From contig CACYCE010000008.1 in NCBI GenBank assembly GCA_902772915.1, forward strand, positions 1 through 56,006: a stretch of DNA of 56,006 nt, written 5' to 3'. Made by a program: the position numbers and the translations under genes. Within the stretch, counting starts at the first letter, position 1. Each line of letters opens with the position of its first letter. This DNA comes from an uncultured Erysipelotrichaceae bacterium. GTDB lineage: Bacteria; Bacillota_I; Bacilli_A; RFN20; CAG-288. The notes under the pieces were generated by a model, which was given only the letters and a program-made list of their open reading frames with translations, had not been told where the DNA came from and did no database searches. Shown here piece after piece: positions 28,577 through 38,051 of the stretch.

Positions 28577-30058
28577 ATGGCAAATAGTTTTGATCAATTA
28601 AATTTTTTTAAAAAGAGAGCCTTAGAAGAAGTTGCAAAAAGGACTTACGAAGGTACTCTTAGAAAAGAGGATGTCAATGACATTGCCCTTTCTTTTCACC
28701 CTTATGGAAAAAGCCAATATCGTTGCTGCATTTACAAAGAGAGGGAAATCACTAGAGAGAGATTGTATCTAGCGATGGGTTATACTCCTGAAGGAAAGGA
28801 ACAAATTCCTGGCCAATTTATCTATGTTCTAGAAGCGGCTTGTGACGATTGTTCTATCCACAGAGTTAGAATTACTGATAACTGTCGTAAATGTTTGTTT
28901 AAAGCTTGTGTTAACGCTTGTAAATTCGGTGCTATCAGGGAAGGTAATTCCAAGATGCATATCGAATATGACAAATGTAAAGCTTGTACGATGTGCGCTA
29001 AAGCTTGTCCCTATGGTTCTATCTTATTATCGGATAGACCTTGTCATAAAGCTTGCCCTACTGGTGCTTTAAAATACATCGAAGGTCAAATCGCTCAAAT
29101 CAAAGATGAAGAGTGCGTCAACTGTGGTCAATGCGCTGCTAGTTGTCCTTTCGGTGGTATTTCTGAGATTTCTTTTGTTAGACCTGTTATCGAAGAGATG
29201 AAAAAAGGTAAGAAAGTTATCGCTATGGTTGCTCCAGCTATTGTCGGTCAATGGGAAAATTCATCTTTGCAACAAGTTTATCAAGCCTTAAATGAAATTG
29301 GCTTTACTGATATTATGGAAGTTGCTGTCGGTGCGGATTTAACTACTAAAAATGAAGCTGAAGAGGCTTTAGAAGCTAAAAAGAAGGGCTTAAAGATCAC
29401 TACTTCTTGTTGTCCTGCCTTCGTCTCTTTTTTACAATTGAAGTTCCCTAAAGTTTATGAAAATCACACATCTAACGTTTTATCTCCTATGGCTATTACC
29501 GCTAGATTAGCTAGAGAAAAATACGGCGAAGATGCTGTAACTGTCTTTATTGGTCCTTGCGTTGCGAAGAAAGCAGAAAGACTTTTACCTAAGAATTTGA
29601 AGAATATCGATTACGTTTTAACTTTCGAAGAAGTTCACGCTATGATGGCCGCTAAAGGCGTGGTTCCTAAAGATTTAGAAGGTAATTCTGCTATTGAAGC
29701 CGGCTCTTATTCGGGTCGTAATTTCTGTAACACTGGCGGGGTTGCTAAATCCTTAAATGATTATTTAGCGGAAGTTGGAGAAGAGGAAAGGTTAACCTTG
29801 AAAGCTGCTTCTGGTCCTAAATTAGTCGTTCAATACGTCAAAGAACTTTCTCAAGGTAAACAAACTGAAGACGTCTTAGAAGGTATGATGTGCGAAGGTG
29901 GATGTATGGGAGGAGTTGATTCTCGCGCTTCTAATTTAATTTTGGCTAAATCTCACGCTGAAAAGCAGAACATTTCTGTCAAGTCAATTAAGATTGGAAC
30001 AGCAGCCGAAAAATATAAAAACGTCAACTGCCATTTCAACAAAGCTACCAATGAATAA
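28577..30058 (+). CDS. Monomeric [FeFe] hydrogenase, group B-like, with ferredoxin domains
   Basis: RCCIYKER, several CxxCxxCxxxCP motifs; H-cluster motifs TSCCPAF, GPCVAKKAE, EGMMCEGGCMGG. Confidence 0.9.
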   Translation: MANSFDQLNFFKKRALEEVAKRTYEGTLRKEDVNDIALSFHPYGKSQYRCCIYKEREITRERLYLAMGYTPEGKEQIPGQFIYVLEAACDDCSIHRVRITDNCRKCLFKACVNACKFGAIREGNSKMHIEYDKCKACTMCAKACPYGSILLSDRPCHKACPTGALKYIEGQIAQIKDEECVNCGQCAASCPFGGISEISFVRPVIEEMKKGKKVIAMVAPAIVGQWENSSLQQVYQALNEIGFTDIMEVAVGADLTTKNEAEEALEAKKKGLKITTSCCPAFVSFLQLKFPKVYENHTSNVLSPMAITARLAREKYGEDAVTVFIGPCVAKKAERLLPKNLKNIDYVLTFEEVHAMMAAKGVVPKDLEGNSAIEAGSYSGRNFCNTGGVAKSLNDYLAEVGEEERLTLKAASGPKLVVQYVKELSQGKQTEDVLEGMMCEGGCMGGVDSRASNLILAKSHAEKQNISVKSIKIGTAAEKYKNVNCHFNKATNE

Positions 30059-30066
30059 TTTAATAG

Positions 30067-30096
30067 AACTCGCGTTGTAAAAAGCGCGAGTTTTTT
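30067..30096 (+). terminator. Intrinsic terminator
   Basis: AACTCGCG ... CGCGAGTT followed by TTTT. Confidence 0.85.
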
Positions 30097-30130
30097 AATC
30101 TTGCTATTTTTTAAAAAAGTCTCTATTTAT

Positions 30131-30148
30131 AGTTAGATTTAACTAACT
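30131..30148. promoter_or_regulatory. Palindromic operator candidate upstream of hydC
   Basis: AGTTAG-ATTTAA-CTAACT with perfect 6-bp arms. Confidence 0.45.
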
Positions 30149-30270
30149 TAAAATTTGAAAATTTTTGGAAACTTAAGGTCAAAAAAATATAAATAGTTAT
30201 TTATTTATATATCGTTAAACTATATAATAAAATAGAATTTGATTAGAAAGAAATTAGGAGGTTATCTACT

Positions 30271-30756
30271 ATGGGGAAAGAGCAAATGTCACCTGAAACC
30301 CAAGCCAAATATGATGAACTTGAACAATTCATCGCTTCTAAAGGGAACAAGGAACACGAACTTATTGCAATCTTGCACAAAGCGCAAGGTATTTTTGGGT
30401 ATTTACCCGAGGATGTTCAACGTTTTATAGCTAAGAGACTAAACGTACCTGTCTCCAAAGTTTTCGGCGTTGTCTCATTCTATTCGTTCTTCACGATGAA
30501 GAAAACTGGAAAATATGTTATCAGAGTCTGCTTAGGTACTGCTTGCTTTGTCAGAGGTTCAGAAAAGATTTTAAATGAATTCTCTGAGAAATTAGGTATT
30601 CAACCTGGTAATACTACCGCTGATGGTTTGTATACTTTAGAAACTGTTAGATGCGTAGGTGCTTGCGGTTTAGCTCCAGTTATTCAAGTTAACGGTAAAA
30701 CTTACGGAAACGCTACTGTTCAATCTGTAGGTCAAATCCTTGAGGAATACAAATAA
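30271..30756 (+). CDS. hydC: Bifurcating [FeFe] hydrogenase 2Fe-2S subunit (NuoE-like)
   Basis: LHKAQGIFGYL, GVVSFYSFF, CLGTAC, CVGACGLAP. Confidence 0.92.
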   Translation: MGKEQMSPETQAKYDELEQFIASKGNKEHELIAILHKAQGIFGYLPEDVQRFIAKRLNVPVSKVFGVVSFYSFFTMKKTGKYVIRVCLGTACFVRGSEKILNEFSEKLGIQPGNTTADGLYTLETVRCVGACGLAPVIQVNGKTYGNATVQSVGQILEEYK

Positions 30757-30776
30757 GAGGTAAGGAGGAACTATTT

Positions 30777-32681
30777 ATGGCTTTAGAAAAAATTAATTCT
30801 TACGAAGAATTTCTCGCTTACTGTAAGGAACATTCTCATTCTTTAGATATTAAAAAAGGAGTGAAGGGAATAGGAGAAGAAACGCATTTAATTTCTATTT
30901 GCTCCTCTTCAGGATGTCACGCTTCTTTATCTCAAGAAGTCTACGATGAATTTGATAAATATATCAAAGAAAACAAATTGGAAAAGAAAATTAAATTATC
31001 TATCACCGGTTGTTTCGGCTTCTGTGAAAAAGGACCTATTGTCAAGATTTTCCCTGAAGATACATTTTACATCCAAGTAAAACCTGAAGACGCTCCTAGA
31101 ATCGTCGATAATTTAGTTAAAGGAGATAAACCTCTTCTCGATAAATTGTATGTTAACCCCGCTGACAACAAACCTATAGTCAAGCAGGATGATATTCCTT
31201 TCTATAAGAAGCAAAAGAGAATCGCTTTAAGAGATTGCGGATTAATCAATCCTGAATCTTTAGAAGAATATGTCGCTAACAAGGGCTTTGCTGGTTTAGC
31301 TAATGTCTTATTTAAATATTCTTCTGATGAAGCAATTGAAATTTTAAAGAATTCCGGTTTAAGGGGAAGAGGTGGAGCTGGTTTCCCGACTTGGAAAAAG
31401 TGGGATATCGCTAGAAAAGTCCCTGGAGATGAGAAATATGTCGTTTGTAACGCTGATGAAGGTGATCCTGGAGCCTTCATGGATCGTTCCATCATGGAAG
31501 GTGATCCTTTCTCAGTCTTAGAAGGTATGATTATCGCTGCTAAGATTATTCAAGCTAACAAAGGTGTTATTTATATTAGAGCTGAATATCCTCTAGCGGT
31601 TGAAAGATTAGAAAAAGCCATTTATATATTACGTGAACACGGCTTGTTAGGTGACAATATCATGGGCTCAGGTATGTCTTTTGATATTGAAATCAAATAC
31701 GGTGCTGGCGCCTTCGTCTGCGGTGAAGAAACTGCTTTGATTGCTTCTGTTGAAGGTGGCAGAGGTGAGCCTACAGTCAAACCTCCATTCCCGGCTCAAT
31801 CTGGTTTATTTAAGAAACCTACTAACGTCAATAACGTTGAAACTTACGATAATGTTCCTTTTATCTTTGCTAATGGGGCAGAAGCTTTCAATTGCATCGG
31901 TACTGAGAAATCTAAAGGTACTAAGGTCTTCGCTCTAGCTGGTAAAATTAATAACGTCGGTTTAGTCGAAGTTCCTATGGGAACGACTTTAAGAGAAATT
32001 ATTTACGATATCGGTGGAGGAATTAAAAATGGGAAAGCCTTCAAGGCCGTTCAAACCGGTGGTCCTTCTGGAGGATGTATCCCCGCTTCCTTTATCGATA
32101 CCCCTATCGATTACGATAACTTAGTCTCTATCGGTTCGATGATGGGCTCAGGTGGAATGATCGTCATGGACGAAGATAACTGCATGGTAAATATTGCTAA
32201 GTTCTACCTCTCGTTCACTGTCGATGAATCTTGCGGTAAATGTACTCCTTGCCGTGTAGGAAATAAGAGATTATATGAAATTTTAGAGAAAATTACTAAC
32301 GGCGAAGGTACTTTAGAAGATTTAGATCAATTAGAATCTCTAGGAACTATCATCAAAGATACCGCTCTATGCGGTTTAGGACAATCTTCTCCTAATCCTG
32401 TCTTATCGACTTTGAAATATTTCAGAGAAGAATATATCGCTCACGTCACTGAAAAATTGTGTCCTGCTAAAGAATGTAAAGCTCTAGCTAGATACTCAAT
32501 TGATCCTAAAATATGTATTGGATGTGATATCTGCGCTAAGAAATGTCCTGTTGAAGCTATCTCCAAGACTGATCAACAAGCGAAGAATCCTAAATTATTC
32601 ATTCACGTTATCGATGATCACAAATGTATTAGATGTGGAACATGCGCTATGCATTGTCCTGTCAAGGCAATTAGTTTATAG
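30777..32681 (+). CDS. hydB: Bifurcating [FeFe] hydrogenase FMN/NADH subunit (NuoF-like)
   Basis: GRGGAGFP, NADEGDPGAFMD, CGEETAL, CGKCTPC and C-terminal 2x[4Fe-4S]. Confidence 0.94.
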   Translation: MALEKINSYEEFLAYCKEHSHSLDIKKGVKGIGEETHLISICSSSGCHASLSQEVYDEFDKYIKENKLEKKIKLSITGCFGFCEKGPIVKIFPEDTFYIQVKPEDAPRIVDNLVKGDKPLLDKLYVNPADNKPIVKQDDIPFYKKQKRIALRDCGLINPESLEEYVANKGFAGLANVLFKYSSDEAIEILKNSGLRGRGGAGFPTWKKWDIARKVPGDEKYVVCNADEGDPGAFMDRSIMEGDPFSVLEGMIIAAKIIQANKGVIYIRAEYPLAVERLEKAIYILREHGLLGDNIMGSGMSFDIEIKYGAGAFVCGEETALIASVEGGRGEPTVKPPFPAQSGLFKKPTNVNNVETYDNVPFIFANGAEAFNCIGTEKSKGTKVFALAGKINNVGLVEVPMGTTLREIIYDIGGGIKNGKAFKAVQTGGPSGGCIPASFIDTPIDYDNLVSIGSMMGSGGMIVMDEDNCMVNIAKFYLSFTVDESCGKCTPCRVGNKRLYEILEKITNGEGTLEDLDQLESLGTIIKDTALCGLGQSSPNPVLSTLKYFREEYIAHVTEKLCPAKECKALARYSIDPKICIGCDICAKKCPVEAISKTDQQAKNPKLFIHVIDDHKCIRCGTCAMHCPVKAISL

Positions 32682-32693
32682 GAGGAAGGAACA

Positions 32694-34448
32694 ATGGCTT
32701 TAATCAATATTAAAATCAACAACGTCCCTTTACAGGTTGAAGAGGGAACTTCCATTCTAGCCGCTGCTAGATTGTTGAAAATCGAAATTCCTACACTTTG
32801 TTACACTCCTATGCACCTAGTTCATCAACACAACAATCGCGCTTCTTGCCGTGTTTGTGTAGTTGAAATTAAAGGCAGAAGAAATTTAGCTCCGGCTTGT
32901 CACACTGAATGTACTGAAGGTATGGAAATCTTCACCAACACTCAAAGAGTCGTCATTGCTAGAAGAACCGTCATCGAATTATTGTTGTCTGATCACCCTC
33001 TAGATTGTCCTACTTGTTCGAAAAATATGAATTGTAGACTTCAAGCTGTCGCTGATCAAATGGGTATTAGAAAGATGCCTTTTAAAGGCGAATATTCTAA
33101 ACCTAACGTCTATTCAGATCCTACTTTCCCTATTAGAAGAAATTCCGCAAAATGTATTTTATGCGGTAACTGCGTCACCGTTTGTAACGAAGTTCAAACT
33201 TGCGGTGTCTTAGCTACTTATAAGCGTGGCTTCCACACTGAAGTCGGTGGAGAATTCGGCTTAGATTTATCTAAAACTAACTGTGTCGCTTGTGGGCAAT
33301 GTGTCAATGTTTGTCCTACTGGGGCTTTAGCTCAAGAATCAGTTTCTGATCAAGTCTGGAAAGTCTTAGGTGATGAAACTAAGAAAGTCGTCGTCCAAGT
33401 TGCTCCTTCAGTTAGAGCAGCTTTAGGTGAAGAATTCAAATATAACATTGGAACTTCCGTCACTGGCAAGATTCCTACCGCCTTAAGACAAATGGGCTTT
33501 GATGCTGTTTACGATACTAACTTCGGCGCGGATTTGACCATTGTTGAAGAAGCTAATGAATTAGTTAAGAGATTGCAAAATAACGGACCTTTACCTTTAA
33601 TTACTTCTTGCTGTCCCGGTTGGATTAATTTCATCGAAAAGAATTATCCTGAGATGTTGAAATATCCTTCTTCTTGCAAGTCTCCTATGTCTATGCAAGG
33701 GGCAACTATCAAGGCTTATTTGGCTGAAAAGAAAGGATGGAATCCTAAAGATGTCATCATTGTTTCTGTCATGCCTTGTACTGCTAAGTTGGATGAAATT
33801 AATCGTCAACAATTGGGTGAAGATCAACTTAAAGATAACGATTACGTCTTAACCACGAGAGATTTCGCCTCTATGATTAAGCAAGCTGGTATCAATTTCG
33901 ATACTTTAGATGTCTCTTCTTTCGATGACCCTATGGGTGAATCTACTGGTGGCGCTGATATCTTCGGTGCTTCTGGAGGTGTTATGGAAGCGGCTATCAG
34001 ATGCGCTAGATTCTGGTTAGAAGGAAAGACTGATAACTTAGAAATTCCTGAATTGAGAGGCTACGCTCCTGTTAAGAAGGGTAAAGTAACTATCAACGGC
34101 ATTGAATTAAGCTTATGCTGTGTCTCAGGTTTAGGTAATGCAAGACAAGTTCTCGAAGATATTAAATCTGGGAAAGAACATTACGATTTTGTCGAAGTAA
34201 TGGCTTGCCCTGGAGGATGTGTTAACGGCGGTGGTCAACCTTTCTATCACTCTAAAGAATCTGTAACTTTAGTTAAAGCTAGACAAAGTGTCTTGTATTC
34301 TGAAGATAGATTAAAGATTCATAGAATTTCCGCTCAAAATAATTCTATTATCAAACTCTATCAAGAATTTTATGGTGAATATGGTTCTGAGAAAGCTGAA
34401 GAGCATCTCCACACTCATTTTACCGATAGACAATACAAACAATTCTAA
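32694..34448 (+). CDS. hydA: [FeFe] hydrogenase catalytic subunit, group A3
   Basis: 2Fe-2S, HxxxCxxC and 2x[4Fe-4S] domains; H-cluster motifs TSCCPGW, MPCTAKLDE, EVMACPGGCVNGGGQP. Confidence 0.95.
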   Translation: MALINIKINNVPLQVEEGTSILAAARLLKIEIPTLCYTPMHLVHQHNNRASCRVCVVEIKGRRNLAPACHTECTEGMEIFTNTQRVVIARRTVIELLLSDHPLDCPTCSKNMNCRLQAVADQMGIRKMPFKGEYSKPNVYSDPTFPIRRNSAKCILCGNCVTVCNEVQTCGVLATYKRGFHTEVGGEFGLDLSKTNCVACGQCVNVCPTGALAQESVSDQVWKVLGDETKKVVVQVAPSVRAALGEEFKYNIGTSVTGKIPTALRQMGFDAVYDTNFGADLTIVEEANELVKRLQNNGPLPLITSCCPGWINFIEKNYPEMLKYPSSCKSPMSMQGATIKAYLAEKKGWNPKDVIIVSVMPCTAKLDEINRQQLGEDQLKDNDYVLTTRDFASMIKQAGINFDTLDVSSFDDPMGESTGGADIFGASGGVMEAAIRCARFWLEGKTDNLEIPELRGYAPVKKGKVTINGIELSLCCVSGLGNARQVLEDIKSGKEHYDFVEVMACPGGCVNGGGQPFYHSKESVTLVKARQSVLYSEDRLKIHRISAQNNSIIKLYQEFYGEYGSEKAEEHLHTHFTDRQYKQF

Positions 34449-34473
34449 ACTTGTATCTTTAATTAGATGAATT

Positions 34474-34511
34474 AAACCCTTACTTTGTGTAAAATACTAG
34501 TAAGGGTTTTT
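34474..34511 (+). terminator. Intrinsic terminator after hydA
   Basis: AAACCCTTACT ... AGTAAGGGTTT followed by TT. Confidence 0.75.
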
Positions 34512-34524
34512 GGAAGGAATTTAT

Positions 34525-35349
34525 ATGAAAAGTAGTGAAGAAGAATTTCAAAAGAAAGTTGAAGAAAAATTCGGCGGTATTAAGCAAGCTGAGCTAGGTA
34601 AAGGTGCCTCAGTTAAGCATGTAATTGGTATCGTCTCGGGTAAAGGTGGGGTTGGTAAATCCTTTGTTTCCTCTTACTTAGCGGTTTTATTGGCTAGAAG
34701 AGGGTATAGAGTCGGTATTATGGACGCCGATATCACCGGTCCTTCTATTCCTTACGCTTTCGGAATTAAAACTAAAATTTACGGTAACCAAGAAAATATG
34801 ATGTTACCTGGATTAACTGCTAAAGAGCACATTCAAGTCATATCTTCGAATATGCTTTTAGATAACGATACTGATCCAATCGTGTGGAGAGGCCCTATGA
34901 TTGCTGGTATGGTTTCTCAATTCTATACTCAAACTTTGTGGGAATACCTAGATTTCTTATTAATCGATATGCCTCCTGGAACCGGGGATGTACCTTTAAC
35001 TATCTTCCAGACAATAAAAATGGATGGCATAGTCATCACTACTTCACCTCAAGGTTTAGTCAGTATGGTCGTTGAAAAAGCCGCTAATATGGCAAAAATG
35101 ATGAATATTCCTATCTTAGGTTTAGTCTCTAATATGTCTTATGTTAAGTGCCCTCATTGCGGAGAAGAAATCTATCTCTACGGAAAAGATCACTTAGATG
35201 AATTAATGGCTACTCACGATATTAAAACTGGAGTGAGAGTTCCTTTTGATTCTCTTATCGCTTCTTATATCGATAAGGGCGCTGTCGAAGAATTAGACGT
35301 TCCTTATTTAGATAAATTAGCAGATTCTGTAAGTGAATTAGAAAAATAA
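34525..35349 (+). CDS. mrp: Mrp/NBP35 (ApbC) Fe-S cluster carrier ATPase
   Basis: SGKGGVGKS, DADITGPSIP, WRGP, DMPPGTGD, CPHC. Confidence 0.93.
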   Translation: MKSSEEEFQKKVEEKFGGIKQAELGKGASVKHVIGIVSGKGGVGKSFVSSYLAVLLARRGYRVGIMDADITGPSIPYAFGIKTKIYGNQENMMLPGLTAKEHIQVISSNMLLDNDTDPIVWRGPMIAGMVSQFYTQTLWEYLDFLLIDMPPGTGDVPLTIFQTIKMDGIVITTSPQGLVSMVVEKAANMAKMMNIPILGLVSNMSYVKCPHCGEEIYLYGKDHLDELMATHDIKTGVRVPFDSLIASYIDKGAVEELDVPYLDKLADSVSELEK

Positions 35350-35351
35350 TT

Positions 35352-36098
35352 ATGACAGAAGAAATTAAGAGAGAAAGCAATAAGTTAACTCAGGAGTTTC
35401 TTTCTGCTTTTAAAGATATTGAAACTTTTATAGTTGATTTAGCACGCACTAAAACTCACGATGATTACATTACTTTTTCTCGAGCTTTGACTTACGTGTT
35501 TAAATTCAAATTAAATTACGCAATATCTAAGCCTTACATCTATAATTTCTTAAAAACTTGTGCCGATATAAGAAATATCTTGTCCCACAATAACGATTTT
35601 GTCGTTCCTAGTGAAGAAGTAGTTAAAAATATAAAAATAATTGCTGCAGAATTAAATCATCCTGTTTTAATTAAAGATATCGCGACTAAGGGAAGTGATT
35701 TATTAGTTTGCGGACCTAATTCTAATATTAGGAATGTCGTTGAAAAAATGGCGGAAAAAGGTCTTTCTCACGTACCTATATTAGTCAATAATAAAGTCGT
35801 AGGTATTTTCTCTAATACTTCGTTCTTTCAAAAATATCACGAATCTAAGAATTTAGTTGTCGAAGATGATATGCGCGTCTTAGATTTTGAAGATATCTCT
35901 TCTTCTCACAAACATTTAAGCGAAGAATTCATCTTTGTTTCTAACGACACAAAAGTTGAAGATATCATTGGAGTCTTCTCTAAGAAAAGAGGGGAAAAGA
36001 GAGTCGCTTGTATATTCGTAACTACTACTGGAGATAGTTTTGGAGACTTACTAGGTATAGTTACTGAAACTGATTTATTGAAGATTGCTGATATGTAA
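35352..36098 (+). CDS. CBS-pair protein with an N-terminal HEPN/Abi-like helical domain
   Basis: RNILSH (Rx4H) in a helical N-terminal domain; CBS motifs SHVPIL and GIVTETDL. Confidence 0.8.
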   Translation: MTEEIKRESNKLTQEFLSAFKDIETFIVDLARTKTHDDYITFSRALTYVFKFKLNYAISKPYIYNFLKTCADIRNILSHNNDFVVPSEEVVKNIKIIAAELNHPVLIKDIATKGSDLLVCGPNSNIRNVVEKMAEKGLSHVPILVNNKVVGIFSNTSFFQKYHESKNLVVEDDMRVLDFEDISSSHKHLSEEFIFVSNDTKVEDIIGVFSKKRGEKRVACIFVTTTGDSFGDLLGIVTETDLLKIADM

Positions 36099-36124
36099 AA
36101 AAGTCCGATTAAATCGGACTTTTT
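36097..36124. terminator. Bidirectional terminator
   Basis: AAAAAGTCCGAT-TAA-ATCGGACTTTTT. Confidence 0.88.
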
Positions 36125-36129
36125 GTTTC

Positions 36130-36504
36130 CTAGATTTCAGCTTTCCAAAAGCCGTGTAAATTGCACATTTCGTAGGCCGCTATAGGTTTTTCTCCACCTA
36201 AATCAAATTGAGCTTCAGGTTTATCACTAGCAGTCAAGGATTGAATTTTGAATCCTTTATCAGTTTCTAAGATGATGTACTCAATTAAATGAGGTACACT
36301 CATCGGATGAGGGACTGATCCAACTTGAACACAAACCTTGTCCCCTTCAATTTTAACAACAGGAACGTGCTTTTCTAGAGCGCCATCAGTGGTGTTAGGA
36401 TTGAGTTTTACCATAGGTTGACCGCAGCAGATGGGAGTTTCGGTTTGTTCTTCTTTAAAGGCTAATAAGTTATGACAAAGCTTGCAATAATAAAAAGTAG
36501 ACAT
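36130..36504 (-). CDS. Desulfoferrodoxin / 2Fe superoxide reductase
   Basis: CxxC...CCG, EKHVP, HPM...H, CNLHG. Confidence 0.95.
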   Translation of the reverse strand: MSTFYYCKLCHNLLAFKEEQTETPICCGQPMVKLNPNTTDGALEKHVPVVKIEGDKVCVQVGSVPHPMSVPHLIEYIILETDKGFKIQSLTASDKPEAQFDLGGEKPIAAYEMCNLHGFWKAEI

Positions 36505-36687
36505 ATTGTTCCTCCAATTCTTACTAATATTATGAAGTAAAACTGTTAAAAGATAAAGTAAATTTATATTTTGAAATTATAAAACAGGTTATAGTATTTA
36601 ATTTAAGTTTAAATTTTAAAAAATCGTTTTTAACTCTTGATAAATAATTTAAATTCATCTATTATAACTAAGCGAGGAAATTCAACT

Positions 36688-36764
36688 GGCCCTGTAGCTC
36701 AGCTGGATAGAGCAACAGCCTTCTAAGCTGTGGGCCGAACGTTCGAATCGTTTCAGGGTCACCA
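36688..36764 (+). tRNA. tRNA-Arg (TCT)
   Basis: GGCCCTGTAGCTCAGCTGGATAGAGCAACAGCCTTCTAAGCTGT...GTTCGAATCGTTTCAGGGTCACCA. Confidence 0.97.
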
Positions 36765-36808
36765 TTATCGTATATACTTAATTAAAGTTAAATATGCGAA
36801 CAAAACGC

Positions 36809-36832
36809 AAAGAGGAGTAATCCTCTTTTTTT
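36809..36832 (+). terminator. Terminator after tRNA-Arg
   Basis: AAAGAGGA-GTAA-TCCTCTTT followed by TTTT. Confidence 0.85.
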
Positions 36833-37040
36833 ATTTAATGTCTACGCTCATATACTAGTTAGGTGAATATGGCGATGGAGATTTAAATAATTGAACTATA
36901 ATAAAAAACTTTTTTAACTTTAATAAAGGAGAAGTTGACTATATAAATTTATTTGAATTAAAAGTGTTTATCTCAATTATTTTAAATTATATAAAGCAAC
37001 ATATATTTTTATGGTAAAATGAATACTCCAGGAGGTTATT

Positions 37041-38051
37041 ATGCAATCTATAGAATATTTCAAACAACTTAAGACTGAATTCAAAGCGATTTTAAAAGCT
37101 ATTAAAGATAGTGATAGGATCGTCATTTTCAGACATAAAGTTCCTGACTATGATGCTTTTGGCACACAGATGGGCTTATATACTTGGATTAAAGAAAACT
37201 ATCCTGAAAAAGAAGTTCATTACGTGGGAGAATCTCATCATGCTTTCGTTCCTCGTTTATTCCCTCAACCTGAAGTTCTAGGTGAAGAATTTTATTCTAA
37301 ACCTTACTTAGCTATCATCGTTGATACTGGTAATTTAGATCGCGTATCCGAGCTTAATTTATCTAATGCTACTCAAGTAATTAGAATCGATCATCATCCT
37401 GAAGTCGCTCCTGAAAATTGGGGAGATATTAAATGCATCCACCCTGAAATGGCCGCTGCTAGTGAATTAGTTGCGTTGATGCTTCAATCTATAGGTACTA
37501 GTTTTTCTTATAGAGGAGAAATGAGTTCTAAAGCTGCAGAATATTTCTTCATTGGAATTGTTGGAGATTCTGGTAGGTTTAAATATCCTGAAGTCTCTTC
37601 TATGACTTTTAGAGTCACCGCTGATTTAATCGACTGTGGAATTGATAAAGATGCTATCTACAGAAAGATGTATCTGACTCCTATTAAAGAATTAGAATTC
37701 AAGAAATTAATCTTAAATTCTTATAAAGTAACAGAAAAAGGCACTTTATATTACATCATGACTGATGAGATGCTTAAACAATTTAATTTTATTCCTGGAG
37801 AAGGTAAATTAGGCTTAGATAATTTCAGAGATATCGAAGGAATCTACGCTGAAGTTAGTATCACCGAGGATGTTAAAGAAGGTAATTATAGATTATCCTT
37901 TAGATCTTCTTGCAAACACGTATCTAAAGTCGCTCAACTATTTGAAGGAGGCGGACACGCTTTTGCTGCCGGTGGTAAATTAAAAAGTCTAGATGAATTA
38001 CCTAGACTATTAGAGGAATTGGATAATTTAGAGATTGTTGTTAAAGATTAG
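37041..38051 (+). CDS. nrnA: DHH/DHHA1 phosphoesterase (nanoRNase / pAp phosphatase)
   Basis: HKVPDYDA, IIVDT, IDHH, GIVGDSGRF, GGGHAFAAG. Confidence 0.92.
   Translation: MQSIEYFKQLKTEFKAILKAIKDSDRIVIFRHKVPDYDAFGTQMGLYTWIKENYPEKEVHYVGESHHAFVPRLFPQPEVLGEEFYSKPYLAIIVDTGNLDRVSELNLSNATQVIRIDHHPEVAPENWGDIKCIHPEMAAASELVALMLQSIGTSFSYRGEMSSKAAEYFFIGIVGDSGRFKYPEVSSMTFRVTADLIDCGIDKDAIYRKMYLTPIKELEFKKLILNSYKVTEKGTLYYIMTDEMLKQFNFIPGEGKLGLDNFRDIEGIYAEVSITEDVKEGNYRLSFRSSCKHVSKVAQLFEGGGHAFAAGGKLKSLDELPRLLEELDNLEIVVKD

Noticed and set aside
30271-34448. Respiratory complex I (nuoEFG)
   Set aside because: The third subunit has complete H-cluster motifs and no membrane nuo genes are present, so this is a hydrogenase.
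36840-36900. Possible purine or fluoride riboswitch upstream of nrnA (CTCATATA...ATATGG, GGCGATGG)
   Set aside because: Lacks the purine-switch GTTTCTAC core and P2/P3 pairing, and lacks the fluoride-switch TCGCC and GCTRATGAC elements. Only a weak hairpin remains.
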